From Vicinamibacteria bacterium (GTDB lineage Bacteria > Acidobacteriota > Vicinamibacteria > Marinacidobacterales > Marinacidobacteraceae), in NCBI GenBank assembly GCA_964291235.2, contig OZ219816.1, positions 1 to 64,000 of the forward strand: a stretch of DNA of 64,000 nucleotides. The letters are read 5' to 3'. Positions 19,704-27,868 of the stretch are shown one piece after another; position 1 is the stretch's first letter; each line of letters starts with the position of its first letter. The notes under the pieces are model-generated. The model did no database searches and was not told the origin of the DNA. It saw only the letters and a list, made by a program, of their open reading frames with translations. The position numbers and the translations under genes are program-made.

Positions 19704-19813
19704 GAGGGAAGCCTCCTTCGAGATTTGCTCGCGCGAGAGCCCGGGTTCCGGCGGTGTCGTTGCTGCTGAACTGGCCTGCTGAACTAGACCCGGGCTTTTG
19801 TGACTGGGCGCGG

Positions 19814-22633
19814 TCAGTGGACCGCGTAGGAAACGCTCAGCGAGAACGAACGGCCCAGGCTGAAGACCCGTTGGACCCGGCCTCCCTGGGTGAATTCGTG
19901 CTCCGAGTCGAGGATGTTGTCGAAGGCCGCGCGCAGGCTCCAGGCCGCGAACCGCTTCTGGAAGACGGCGTCGAGCACACCGCGGCCGGACTCGTAGATG
20001 TCCGGCATCCCCAGCGATCCCACGTCCACGATCCGGTCGCCGAAGTAGTTGTAGAGGACCCGGAAACTGCCCGCGACTTCGGGGATATCCATGTCCATGC
20101 TGACGTTGACGACATGGGCCGATTGTCCTGCGAGGGGCCGGTCAAGGCTGGTCTGGACCTGACCCGCCACCTGCTCGAGTTCGATCGCGGAGTTGACGAA
20201 GGTGTAGTTCGCGGAGCCCATGAACCGGCCGAACCGGCGCCGGCTCTCGACTTCGACTCCGGTGTTGCGGGCCCCGCGGGCGTTGGCGAACGAGGTTCTG
20301 AGTTGCGCGGTGGGCTGCACGATCCGTTCGATGGGATTCCTGAAGTCCTTGTAGAAGCCGCTGATGGCGAGCACCTCGCCGGCGCCCGGGAAGGTCTCGA
20401 TCCGCAGGTCCACGTTCTTGATGAGCGCGCGTTCGAGGTTCGGGTTGCCGACCACCGCGCGGCCGCCGACCACGTCGGTGAACTCGAAGGGCGCCAGTTC
20501 CCGGAACTCGGGACGGTTCACCGTGTGGCTGTAGCCACCTCGCAGGTTCGTACGCTCCGAAAGGGCGTACACCATGTTGAAGCCGGGAAGCACATCCGTG
20601 TTGTTGAGCGCCGCCCTGATGGTCTCGCCCGCCGTCGAGAAGGGATCCAAGGTGTCCACCAACTGTTCGGACCGTTCCACCCGCGCGCCTCCGATGAACC
20701 GGAGATTGCTGCTGATCGGCAGATCCAGCAGTCCGTAGAGCGCCGAGATAGTCTGCTCCGCCGTGTAGGTGTCGGTCGGGCGCGTCTCTTCTTTCAACTC
20801 ATAAGACGTACCGATGTTCTCGGGGGTGAAGATCTGCTCCGGCGCCAGCGTGAGGTTCGCCGGCCTGCCCCGCGGCGTCATCCGGAAGCGGCGGGAATTG
20901 AAGTCCCGCTCCCGGAGGGTGATCTGCGGGCCGATCTTGATCATCGCCGGCAGGTCGCTCCACTGGGTGAAGAACGAACTCCAGTCGACCCCCAGGTCAA
21001 CGACCTCGTCGTCGAGTTCGTTGAACATCCGGAACCCGCTCTGCGATTCGTCGGCGAGGACGAACGCGCTCACGGACGGGCTGTACTCGTAGAGCGTCTC
21101 CCGGAGATCCGGTTCGTCCCGCGTCGCCCGCGAGAAGTTCGCATTCCACTCCAGCTTGCTGGAACCCAGGGAAGCGAACAGGTGCTCCCCCGATAGCCGC
21201 GAGGAAAAGATGCTCTCCTCTACCCAGAAGAGCCGGGTGTTCCGGATCTCTTCGCCGACGTCGTTGTTGTAGCCCTGAAAGATCCGGGCTTCGTTCTTCG
21301 AACTGTGGGTGTAGAAGTTCTCGAGGGCGACGCGGTGATTCCCCGTGAACTTGTAGGCCAGGTTCCCCACCAGGCCGGTCGAGGTCTTCGAGGTGGTGAC
21401 GTCGAAGTCGTAGTCGTTCTGGACCTCCAGGTCGCCCTGGGAAACCGCGAAGAACGTCCGATCCTCGCTCTGGTTCTGATGGTCCTGCGACCAGGTCGCG
21501 CTGAAGATCGCCCCCAGCCGGTCCCAACTGTTGCCGGCGACAAGGCTGTAGGACTGGCTGTGGCCGACCTGTCCGGTTTCGGGAGACCAGACGTTCGCAA
21601 ACGACTCGCCCATGGTCTCGAGTTCGGCCGGAGTGAACCCGGCGCTCGTGAAGCGGCTGGTCCGGACCACCTTGGAATCCGGGATCGCGGCGGGAAGGCT
21701 CCGGGTGCCGTCGTCGAACCCCAGCCAGTCCCGTCCGCCGCCGGGATAGATCAGGCCGTCCCCGAACGTCGTCCGGGTGTTGTAACCCTGCGACATGGAG
21801 AAGTTCATCACCGGCTCCGCCGGGAACGAGAGGGGATCGATTTCGACCAACCCGCCCGAGAAGTCGGCGGGCTTGTCGGGGAGGTACGACTTCACCACCG
21901 AGACGCTCTCGATCAGCCCGGTCGGGAAGAGATCCAGCGGGACCACCCGCTTGTCGGGCTCGGTGGTGGGAAGCACCGCGCCGTTCAGCGTCGTGTTGGA
22001 GTAACGCTCGCCCAGGCCGCGGACGAATACGTACTGGTTGTCCACCACGGTGAGCCCCGTGAGCCGCTTCATGGCGGACGCTGCGTTCGAGTCCGCGTTC
22101 TCCTTCATTTCCTCGGAGGCCAGGTTGTCGGTGATGGCCGCTGACTTCCGGCGCTCGACGAGTTGGGCTTCGGCGGTGAAGAGCTCGGGCTCGATCGCCT
22201 CTCCGGTTACCACCACCTCTTCCGCGAAGCGCTCCATGGTGAGCGCGACTTCGACGCGGGTGGTAGCTCCGGGCAGGACTTCGACCGGAACGATGACCTC
22301 CTCATACCCGGAGAAGCTGACCCGGATCTCGTGGGCGCCGGCCGGGAGGGACAGCGAGAACGCGCCGTCAAGCTCCGAATAGACCACCTCGTTCGTGGCC
22401 ACCACCGTGACCGGGGCGCCCGGGAGCGTCATGGCGTTGAAGCTGTCGCGCACCAATCCGGCCACCCGGCCGGTGTCTTCCTGGGCGGCGGCGCCGGAGA
22501 CGGGCAGCATCCCGAGCAGCAGACTCAGGAGTGCCGGTTGGAGGTGCGACCGGCGCCGGCCGCTCGAGAAGGAACGCTTCAGGGAGACAGGACTGCGAAC
22601 GCCGTCCCGGGTGCACGAATGCGGCTCTGACAT
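19814..22633 (-). CDS. TonB-dependent receptor with N-terminal carboxypeptidase-regulatory-like domain
   Basis: Signal peptide, plug (AMKRLTGLTV..VFVRGLGERYSNTTLNG..VPLDLFP..VVKSY.PD) and barrel motifs RPEFRELAPF and GNPNL. Start uncertain (22633 chosen; the ORF extends to 22768). Confidence 0.93.
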   Translation of the reverse strand: MSEPHSCTRDGVRSPVSLKRSFSSGRRRSHLQPALLSLLLGMLPVSGAAAQEDTGRVAGLVRDSFNAMTLPGAPVTVVATNEVVYSELDGAFSLSLPAGAHEIRVSFSGYEEVIVPVEVLPGATTRVEVALTMERFAEEVVVTGEAIEPELFTAEAQLVERRKSAAITDNLASEEMKENADSNAASAMKRLTGLTVVDNQYVFVRGLGERYSNTTLNGAVLPTTEPDKRVVPLDLFPTGLIESVSVVKSYLPDKPADFSGGLVEIDPLSFPAEPVMNFSMSQGYNTRTTFGDGLIYPGGGRDWLGFDDGTRSLPAAIPDSKVVRTSRFTSAGFTPAELETMGESFANVWSPETGQVGHSQSYSLVAGNSWDRLGAIFSATWSQDHQNQSEDRTFFAVSQGDLEVQNDYDFDVTTSKTSTGLVGNLAYKFTGNHRVALENFYTHSSKNEARIFQGYNNDVGEEIRNTRLFWVEESIFSSRLSGEHLFASLGSSKLEWNANFSRATRDEPDLRETLYEYSPSVSAFVLADESQSGFRMFNELDDEVVDLGVDWSSFFTQWSDLPAMIKIGPQITLRERDFNSRRFRMTPRGRPANLTLAPEQIFTPENIGTSYELKEETRPTDTYTAEQTISALYGLLDLPISSNLRFIGGARVERSEQLVDTLDPFSTAGETIRAALNNTDVLPGFNMVYALSERTNLRGGYSHTVNRPEFRELAPFEFTDVVGGRAVVGNPNLERALIKNVDLRIETFPGAGEVLAISGFYKDFRNPIERIVQPTAQLRTSFANARGARNTGVEVESRRRFGRFMGSANYTFVNSAIELEQVAGQVQTSLDRPLAGQSAHVVNVSMDMDIPEVAGSFRVLYNYFGDRIVDVGSLGMPDIYESGRGVLDAVFQKRFAAWSLRAAFDNILDSEHEFTQGGRVQRVFSLGRSFSLSVSYAVH

Positions 22634-22701
22634 CGAGGGGGATTGTCGGAACCCCTTGTTGCCCCAGCTTGAAGCCCGCAAAAACTTCACCGCAACATCC
22701 C

Positions 22702-22739
22702 GAAACGGGGAATGAACCGGCGTTGAACCGACTGTGAAT
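22702..22739 (-). promoter_or_regulatory. Pho-box-like array upstream of the TBDR
   Basis: Plus-strand TGAA at 22713, 22724 and 22735 (exact 11-bp period) plus GAAAC at 22702. Minus strand reads ATTCA/GTTCA/GTTCA/GTTTC. Confidence 0.6.
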
Positions 22740-22846
22740 GCCGGCGTCCCGCGTGGGCGCGACCGCACGGGTCACCGCGCCCGGATCGGTGGTGCGCCCG
22801 TCTGGTTTTCCTGCTGACGACGGTGCGGGCCCGAAGCCCGCGCGCC

Positions 22847-24103
22847 TCAGTTGCGGCGGGGGTTTTGGAAGTCGAAGAGCCACTGGAACAGAAGCAGCAG
22901 CTCGTGGTCGGCCACCGCACCGAAGCGGTAGCGGTAGTCGGCGGACAGGTGCGTCATGTTCCACGGGAGTTCGTAACGCGTCCCGGTGACGATGTAGCTG
23001 GAGTGGCCAGGGGCCTCCACCGGACCGTGGTTCGTTTCGGTGCCGAACTCACCCATGGCCCAGATTCCCTGAGGGAAACGGTGGCGGAACCGGGCGAACC
23101 CGCCGAAGTGTTCCCGTCCGAATTGCTCCCGGCGGAAGGCCGCGCCCCGAAAATCGCGGTTACCGTCCGTTTCGCCTTCCAGGTAAAAGCCCGTCTGCCG
23201 CCGCGGGGTCAGCGCGTCGTCAGGACCGTCCCGCCCCTCGTAGTGACCGGCGTCGAGCAGGATGGACGCCCCACCGATATCGAAGGTGCGGCCGAAGCTC
23301 CCCAGCACGTCCTTCCAGGAGTTGTCCTCCGCCTCGTAGCCGCTGCCCTGAACGACGTGAAGCCGTGCGTTGTAAGCCCCCCGATCGAGGAACATGAAGA
23401 TGCCCGTCTCGCGGGACCGGGTGAGCCTGGCGCCGACGGCCGCCTGAATCGTCTGACGGGAGTGAGACGACTCGGTGAACTCGCCGAACCACGCGAGGGA
23501 ACTGCGTCCCGCCCGAATCTGAAGCCCGCCGCCCACGTCGAACTGCATCCAGAAATCGTGCATCCGGGTCTTGCCGAGGTCATAGGTGACGTTCGTCAGG
23601 ATCCGGTTCCCGATCTTCGTCTTGCTCCAGAGCGAGAAACTGCTGATCGACGGGTCGCCCAGATCTCCGGCCTCGTCGAGTACCCGGCCGCGGAACCGGA
23701 CATTCATGTCCACAAACGGGGCCGCACCGGCGCCGCTCTGCCCGGCCTCGGAGGAGTCGCCACCCGGCGCGTCCGTCTCCGTCGGCTCTTCGACGACCGC
23801 GCTGCGCTCGTCCTCGCCCTCTTCCGCCGCCGCGATTTGCGCCGCGGCCAGCAGGGATCCGACCGCTGCGGTCTCCGAAGACCTTCCCGTCTGTTGGCCT
23901 GTCTGTTGGGCCGTCTGTCTGGCCTCTGGCTGAAGAGCCGTGCCCGAAGGCGCTCCTCCGGCGAACGCTATTCCGGCCGCCCCCCAGAACGCGAGCGAAA
24001 GATAAAGCGAGCGGAAAAGCGATCCGCGCCGCAGCGCCAAACAGAGGGGCGATGTCGCGCCGCAGGAGCGGCCGCGGCGCCCGTTGGAATACAGCCCCGG
24101 CAT
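22847..24103 (-). CDS. Putative outer-membrane porin-like beta-barrel (possibly OprO/OprP-like)
   Basis: Signal-like N-terminus, low-complexity linker, then alternating aromatic beta-strands (DFWMQF, LQIRAG, RETGIF, KDVLGSF, YIVTGTRY, LSADYRY, LLFQWLF). Confidence 0.55.
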   Translation of the reverse strand: MPGLYSNGRRGRSCGATSPLCLALRRGSLFRSLYLSLAFWGAAGIAFAGGAPSGTALQPEARQTAQQTGQQTGRSSETAAVGSLLAAAQIAAAEEGEDERSAVVEEPTETDAPGGDSSEAGQSGAGAAPFVDMNVRFRGRVLDEAGDLGDPSISSFSLWSKTKIGNRILTNVTYDLGKTRMHDFWMQFDVGGGLQIRAGRSSLAWFGEFTESSHSRQTIQAAVGARLTRSRETGIFMFLDRGAYNARLHVVQGSGYEAEDNSWKDVLGSFGRTFDIGGASILLDAGHYEGRDGPDDALTPRRQTGFYLEGETDGNRDFRGAAFRREQFGREHFGGFARFRHRFPQGIWAMGEFGTETNHGPVEAPGHSSYIVTGTRYELPWNMTHLSADYRYRFGAVADHELLLLFQWLFDFQNPRRN

Positions 24104-24116
24104 GGGGCAGGATTTT

Positions 24117-24262
24117 GTTTCTCGTGCGTTACATGGATTTGAACTGTTCTTGATTCGATAATCACGATCCCATGAACATCAGCGGACAAAACATGAAGAA
24201 ATCGTGAATTCTGATTTCGAGTTCGTGACGCCGTTCGTGAACCGATAACAACGTCGAAACAA
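24117..24262 (-). promoter_or_regulatory. AT-rich promoter region with an extended helically phased Pho-box-like array
   Basis: Minus-strand half-sites with plus-strand start positions: GAAAC 24117, GTAAC 24128, TTCAA 24139, ATCAA 24150, TTCAT 24172, TTCAT 24193, TTCAC 24204, GTCAC 24225 and TTCAC 24237. Confidence 0.55.
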
Positions 24263-24298
24263 ATCGGACGGTCGCCGGTCGGGTCCGCGCCAGCCCGG

Positions 24299-25138
24299 TC
24301 AGTGCTCGTCGCGTATCGGGTCCGCGGGGTAAACCCCCAGGATCCGGACCGACCGGGAGAAGAAGCGGAGTTCCTCCAGCGCCTTCGCCACCGCGGAGTG
24401 CTCGGGATGGCCGGCCACGTCACAGTAGAACTGGGTCGAGGTGAACGAACCGTCGAGCATGTAGCTCTCGAGCTTTTGCATGTTCACTCCACCCGTCGCA
24501 AACCCACCCAGCGCCTTGTAGAGCGCGCCCGGGAGATTGCGCACCTGGAACACGAACGTGGTGATCGCTTCGGCGTCGCGGGGAACCGTCACCGGCTCCC
24601 GGGCCATGACGAGGAACCGGGTGACGTTTCGGGCGACGTCCGCAATGTCCGGCGCCAGGACCGCGAGCCCGTGAATCCCTGCCGCCAGCGCCGAGCCGAC
24701 GGCCGCCTTCGTGGGATCTTCGCTCTTGGCGATCAGGATCGCGGCCCCCGCGGTGTCCGCTTCCGCCACGGGGCGCAAGCGTCGGACGCGGATGAACTCC
24801 CGGCACTGGGCGAGCGCGTGGGGGTGGCTGTGGACAGTCCGGATTCCGCCGAGTCTGGCTCCGGGAAGCCCGAGGAGCTGATGCCGCACCCGCTGAAAGG
24901 TCTCGCCGACGATCTGGAGACTGGATTCGGGCAGGAGGTGATGGATGTCAGCGACTCGTCCGGCCACCGAGTTCTCGATGGGGATCATCGCGAGTTCCGC
25001 GCGTCCCTCCGCCACTGCCGCGAAGGCGTCCTCAAAGCTCTCGCAGGCCATCGGCTCATGATCCGGATACCGCTCCCGGCAGGCCAGATTGGAATAGGAA
25101 CCGGGGTATCCCTGAAACGCGATCTTCGGTTCGGACAT
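24299..25138 (-). CDS. pheA: Prephenate dehydratase
   Basis: IAFQGYPGSYS, PIENSVAG, SHPHALAQC, NVTRF and an ACT domain (NLPGALYKAL..NMQKLES). Confidence 0.95.
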   Translation of the reverse strand: MSEPKIAFQGYPGSYSNLACRERYPDHEPMACESFEDAFAAVAEGRAELAMIPIENSVAGRVADIHHLLPESSLQIVGETFQRVRHQLLGLPGARLGGIRTVHSHPHALAQCREFIRVRRLRPVAEADTAGAAILIAKSEDPTKAAVGSALAAGIHGLAVLAPDIADVARNVTRFLVMAREPVTVPRDAEAITTFVFQVRNLPGALYKALGGFATGGVNMQKLESYMLDGSFTSTQFYCDVAGHPEHSAVAKALEELRFFSRSVRILGVYPADPIRDEH

Positions 25139-25226
25139 GGCGAGCGGCCTCCAGCAGGCACGCGACTGTATCCGCAGGTTGCTCACGAACGCGTGCGCCC
25201 CGTGTGTGTACGATCTCCGCACGGCC

Positions 25227-25931
25227 GTGAAACACATCCTGGTCATCGAGGACGATCCGGACATCGTCGAGCTGCTGCGTTACAACCTGGAGCGCGAGTC
25301 CTACCGCGTGACGTCCGCGGTTACCGGTGCCGAGGGACTGGCCGAATTGCAGCGGGAGCGGCCGGATCTGGTGATTCTGGACCTGATGCTGCCCGAGATC
25401 AGCGGCTTCGAGGTGTGCCGGCGTCTCCGGAAAGCCTCCGAAACCGGGAACCTCCCGGTGATCATGCTGACCGCCCGGAGCGAAGAGGCCGACGTGATTG
25501 CCGGCATCGAACTCGGAGCCGACGACTACATCAAGAAGCCGTTCAGTCCCCGGGAGTTGGTGGCGCGCGTGGGAGCCGTCCTGCGACGGGCGCGCCCCGT
25601 GGAAGCGCCGGCCGCCTCCATCGAAGATGAAACACTCGAATTCGGCGACCTCACGATCGATCCGGCCTCACACCGGGTGCAGCGCGCCGGCGAGGATCTT
25701 CCGGTGACACATCTCGAGTTCAAGTTGCTGCACTACCTGGCGTCCCGTCCGCGCCGCGTCTTTTCCCGCGAACAGCTTCTCGATCGCGTGTGGGGACGCG
25801 ACAAATACATCACGCTGCGCAGCGTGGATGTCTACGTGCGACGGCTGCGCCAGAAGCTTGACGTGTCGGGGAACCCCTCGCTGCTGAAGACGGTTCGAGG
25901 CGCCGGGTATCGCTTCGAACCACCGCCTTGA
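25227..25931 (+). CDS. OmpR/PhoB-family response regulator (PhoB/PhoP-like)
   Basis: ILVIEDD, ILDLMLP, GADDYIKKPFSPRELVAR, and a winged helix RSVDVYVRRLRQKL...TVRGAGY. Confidence 0.9.
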   Translation: MKHILVIEDDPDIVELLRYNLERESYRVTSAVTGAEGLAELQRERPDLVILDLMLPEISGFEVCRRLRKASETGNLPVIMLTARSEEADVIAGIELGADDYIKKPFSPRELVARVGAVLRRARPVEAPAASIEDETLEFGDLTIDPASHRVQRAGEDLPVTHLEFKLLHYLASRPRRVFSREQLLDRVWGRDKYITLRSVDVYVRRLRQKLDVSGNPSLLKTVRGAGYRFEPPP

Positions 25932-27868
25932 AGTCGAACGCACCGGAAGACCCGCCGCGAGGCTGGCGACTCCGCCGGCCGTCACGGCTCGCCCTCCGCC
26001 TGACGGCGGCGAGCCTGCTGGTCGCGCTGGCCGCGCTCTTTGCGGTGCTTGCCACCACCGCACAGGTCGTGCGGGACAGCGCCGTGGAATCCACCTTCGC
26101 GGATCTGGACGGAGTGGCCGAAATCGCGCTCGCGACCCCTCCCACGGACAGTTCCGTCGAGGGCCTTCGCGAATGGGCCATCACCTTCGCGTCGTTCGAG
26201 ACGGATACCGACGGCCTCACTCCGACTCGGCGGGAAAGACGGATGACGCTCGTGGCGGACGACGGGACCGTGCTCGCGGACTCCCACGACGACCCGCGAG
26301 CCATGGACAACCACCGGGACCGCCCCGAGATCGCCGCCGCTTTCGCCCGCGGCTACGGGCGGTCGCAGCGCTTCAGCGACACCCGGGGCGAGGACCTCAC
26401 CTACGTGGCGGTCCGGCTGCCGTGGAGTCCGGACACGGTGCTGCGGGTTTCCGAACCGGTCGTTCAGATCGAGGAGACGGTGGGAGTCATCCTGACTCCG
26501 GTGATCGTGGTGACGGTGCTCGCCTTCATCGTGGCGGCGGCTCTGTCTTTCGGTTTTTCCGCCCGTTTCAGCGAGCGGATCGTGCGACTCCGCCGCTTTT
26601 CCGAGCGGGTGGCGCGGGGTGACTTCACCCCTGAGAACACATCCCTCGGAATGGATGAACTCGACCAGTTGCTCGCCTCCCTCAACCAGACGGCCCGGGA
26701 GCTGCAGCGCAGCTTCCAGTCCCTGACGGCCGAGAAAAACCAGGGCGCCACCATCCTCTCGAGCGTGGCCGAAGGCGTGGCGGTCGTTGATGAAGACCTG
26801 CGCATTCAGTACGTCAACGGCGCCTTTCGCGAGGTCCTTTCCCTTCCGGGCGAGTCCTGGCGGGACTACCGCGGGCGGCACGTGCGGCAGGTTCTCGAGA
26901 AAAAGCGCCTCCTCAAGATGGTGCGGGCGGCGATGCTGGGGAAGTCGGACGAACGGGAAATCTCGCTCAAGGAGCGGGAGGTGCTGGTCCGCGCCGCCCC
27001 CATCCGCTCGCTGGAGTCCGAGTCGGCCGATGTTTCAGCACGCGACACAAACGGCTCGACGGGATCCCCCCCTGTGGGCGCGGTGCTAGTGCTGCTGGAC
27101 GTGACCCAGATTCATGCGCTGGAGCGGGTGCGGCGCGATTTCGTGGCCAATCTGTCCCATGAGTTGAAGACGCCGTTGACCGCGATCCGGGGTTTTTCGG
27201 AGACGCTGCTGGACGGCGACCTCGACGACCACGTCCAGCAGAAGCGTTTCCTGGGGATCATTCGGCAGCACGCCATCCGGCTGTCACACCTCACGGAAGA
27301 CCTGCTCCGGCTCGCCCGGATCGAAGCCGGAAAGTTGGAGGCATGGCCCGCCGTCGTGAGGGTCGCAACCGTCGTCGAGCCGGTGCTCGAATCGGCGCGG
27401 CTGAAGGCGGAAGCGCGCACCCTCGCGGCTACGGCCCCCGAGGACGGGGCCCAGGTCGAAACGGATCCGGCGCTGCTCACCGAAATCCTCGAGAACCTGG
27501 TGGACAACGCCATCCGGTACTCGGCGGCGGACGGGCGCGTCGAAATCAAGACGACCTGCAGCGACGGCGAAGTGCTCATTTCCGTCATCGACGACGGAGT
27601 CGGCATCCCGCAGGCTCACCTGAGCCGTATCTTTGAGCGCTTCTACCGGGTGGACGCGGCCCGCTCCCGAGCGGCAGGCGGGACCGGGCTCGGTCTGGCG
27701 ATCGCCAAGCACACGGTCGAGGTCCTGGGCGGCCGGATCGAGGTAAAGAGCGCTCCGGGCAAGGGGTCCCGGTTCACGGTCGTCGTGCCGGCGCCGCCCC
27801 CGGAACTTCGGCTCCCCGAGATCGCCGCCTCCGAGTCCGCCGGGATCGATCACGGCTCCCCGCCGTAG
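25928..27868 (+). CDS. PhoR-like sensor histidine kinase (sCache-like, HAMP, PAS, HisKA, HATPase)
   Basis: MDNHRDRPEI, RRDFVANLSHELKTPLTAIRGF, NLVDNAIRY, DDGVGIP and RIFERFYRVDAARSR..GGTGLGLAI. Confidence 0.9.
   Translation: MKSNAPEDPPRGWRLRRPSRLALRLTAASLLVALAALFAVLATTAQVVRDSAVESTFADLDGVAEIALATPPTDSSVEGLREWAITFASFETDTDGLTPTRRERRMTLVADDGTVLADSHDDPRAMDNHRDRPEIAAAFARGYGRSQRFSDTRGEDLTYVAVRLPWSPDTVLRVSEPVVQIEETVGVILTPVIVVTVLAFIVAAALSFGFSARFSERIVRLRRFSERVARGDFTPENTSLGMDELDQLLASLNQTARELQRSFQSLTAEKNQGATILSSVAEGVAVVDEDLRIQYVNGAFREVLSLPGESWRDYRGRHVRQVLEKKRLLKMVRAAMLGKSDEREISLKEREVLVRAAPIRSLESESADVSARDTNGSTGSPPVGAVLVLLDVTQIHALERVRRDFVANLSHELKTPLTAIRGFSETLLDGDLDDHVQQKRFLGIIRQHAIRLSHLTEDLLRLARIEAGKLEAWPAVVRVATVVEPVLESARLKAEARTLAATAPEDGAQVETDPALLTEILENLVDNAIRYSAADGRVEIKTTCSDGEVLISVIDDGVGIPQAHLSRIFERFYRVDAARSRAAGGTGLGLAIAKHTVEVLGGRIEVKSAPGKGSRFTVVVPAPPPELRLPEIAASESAGIDHGSPP

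Noticed and set aside
27774-27868. 95-bp convergent overlap of phoR and rnr as a regulatory device
   Set aside because: Both tails are low-complexity extensions, which is common in GC-rich genomes.
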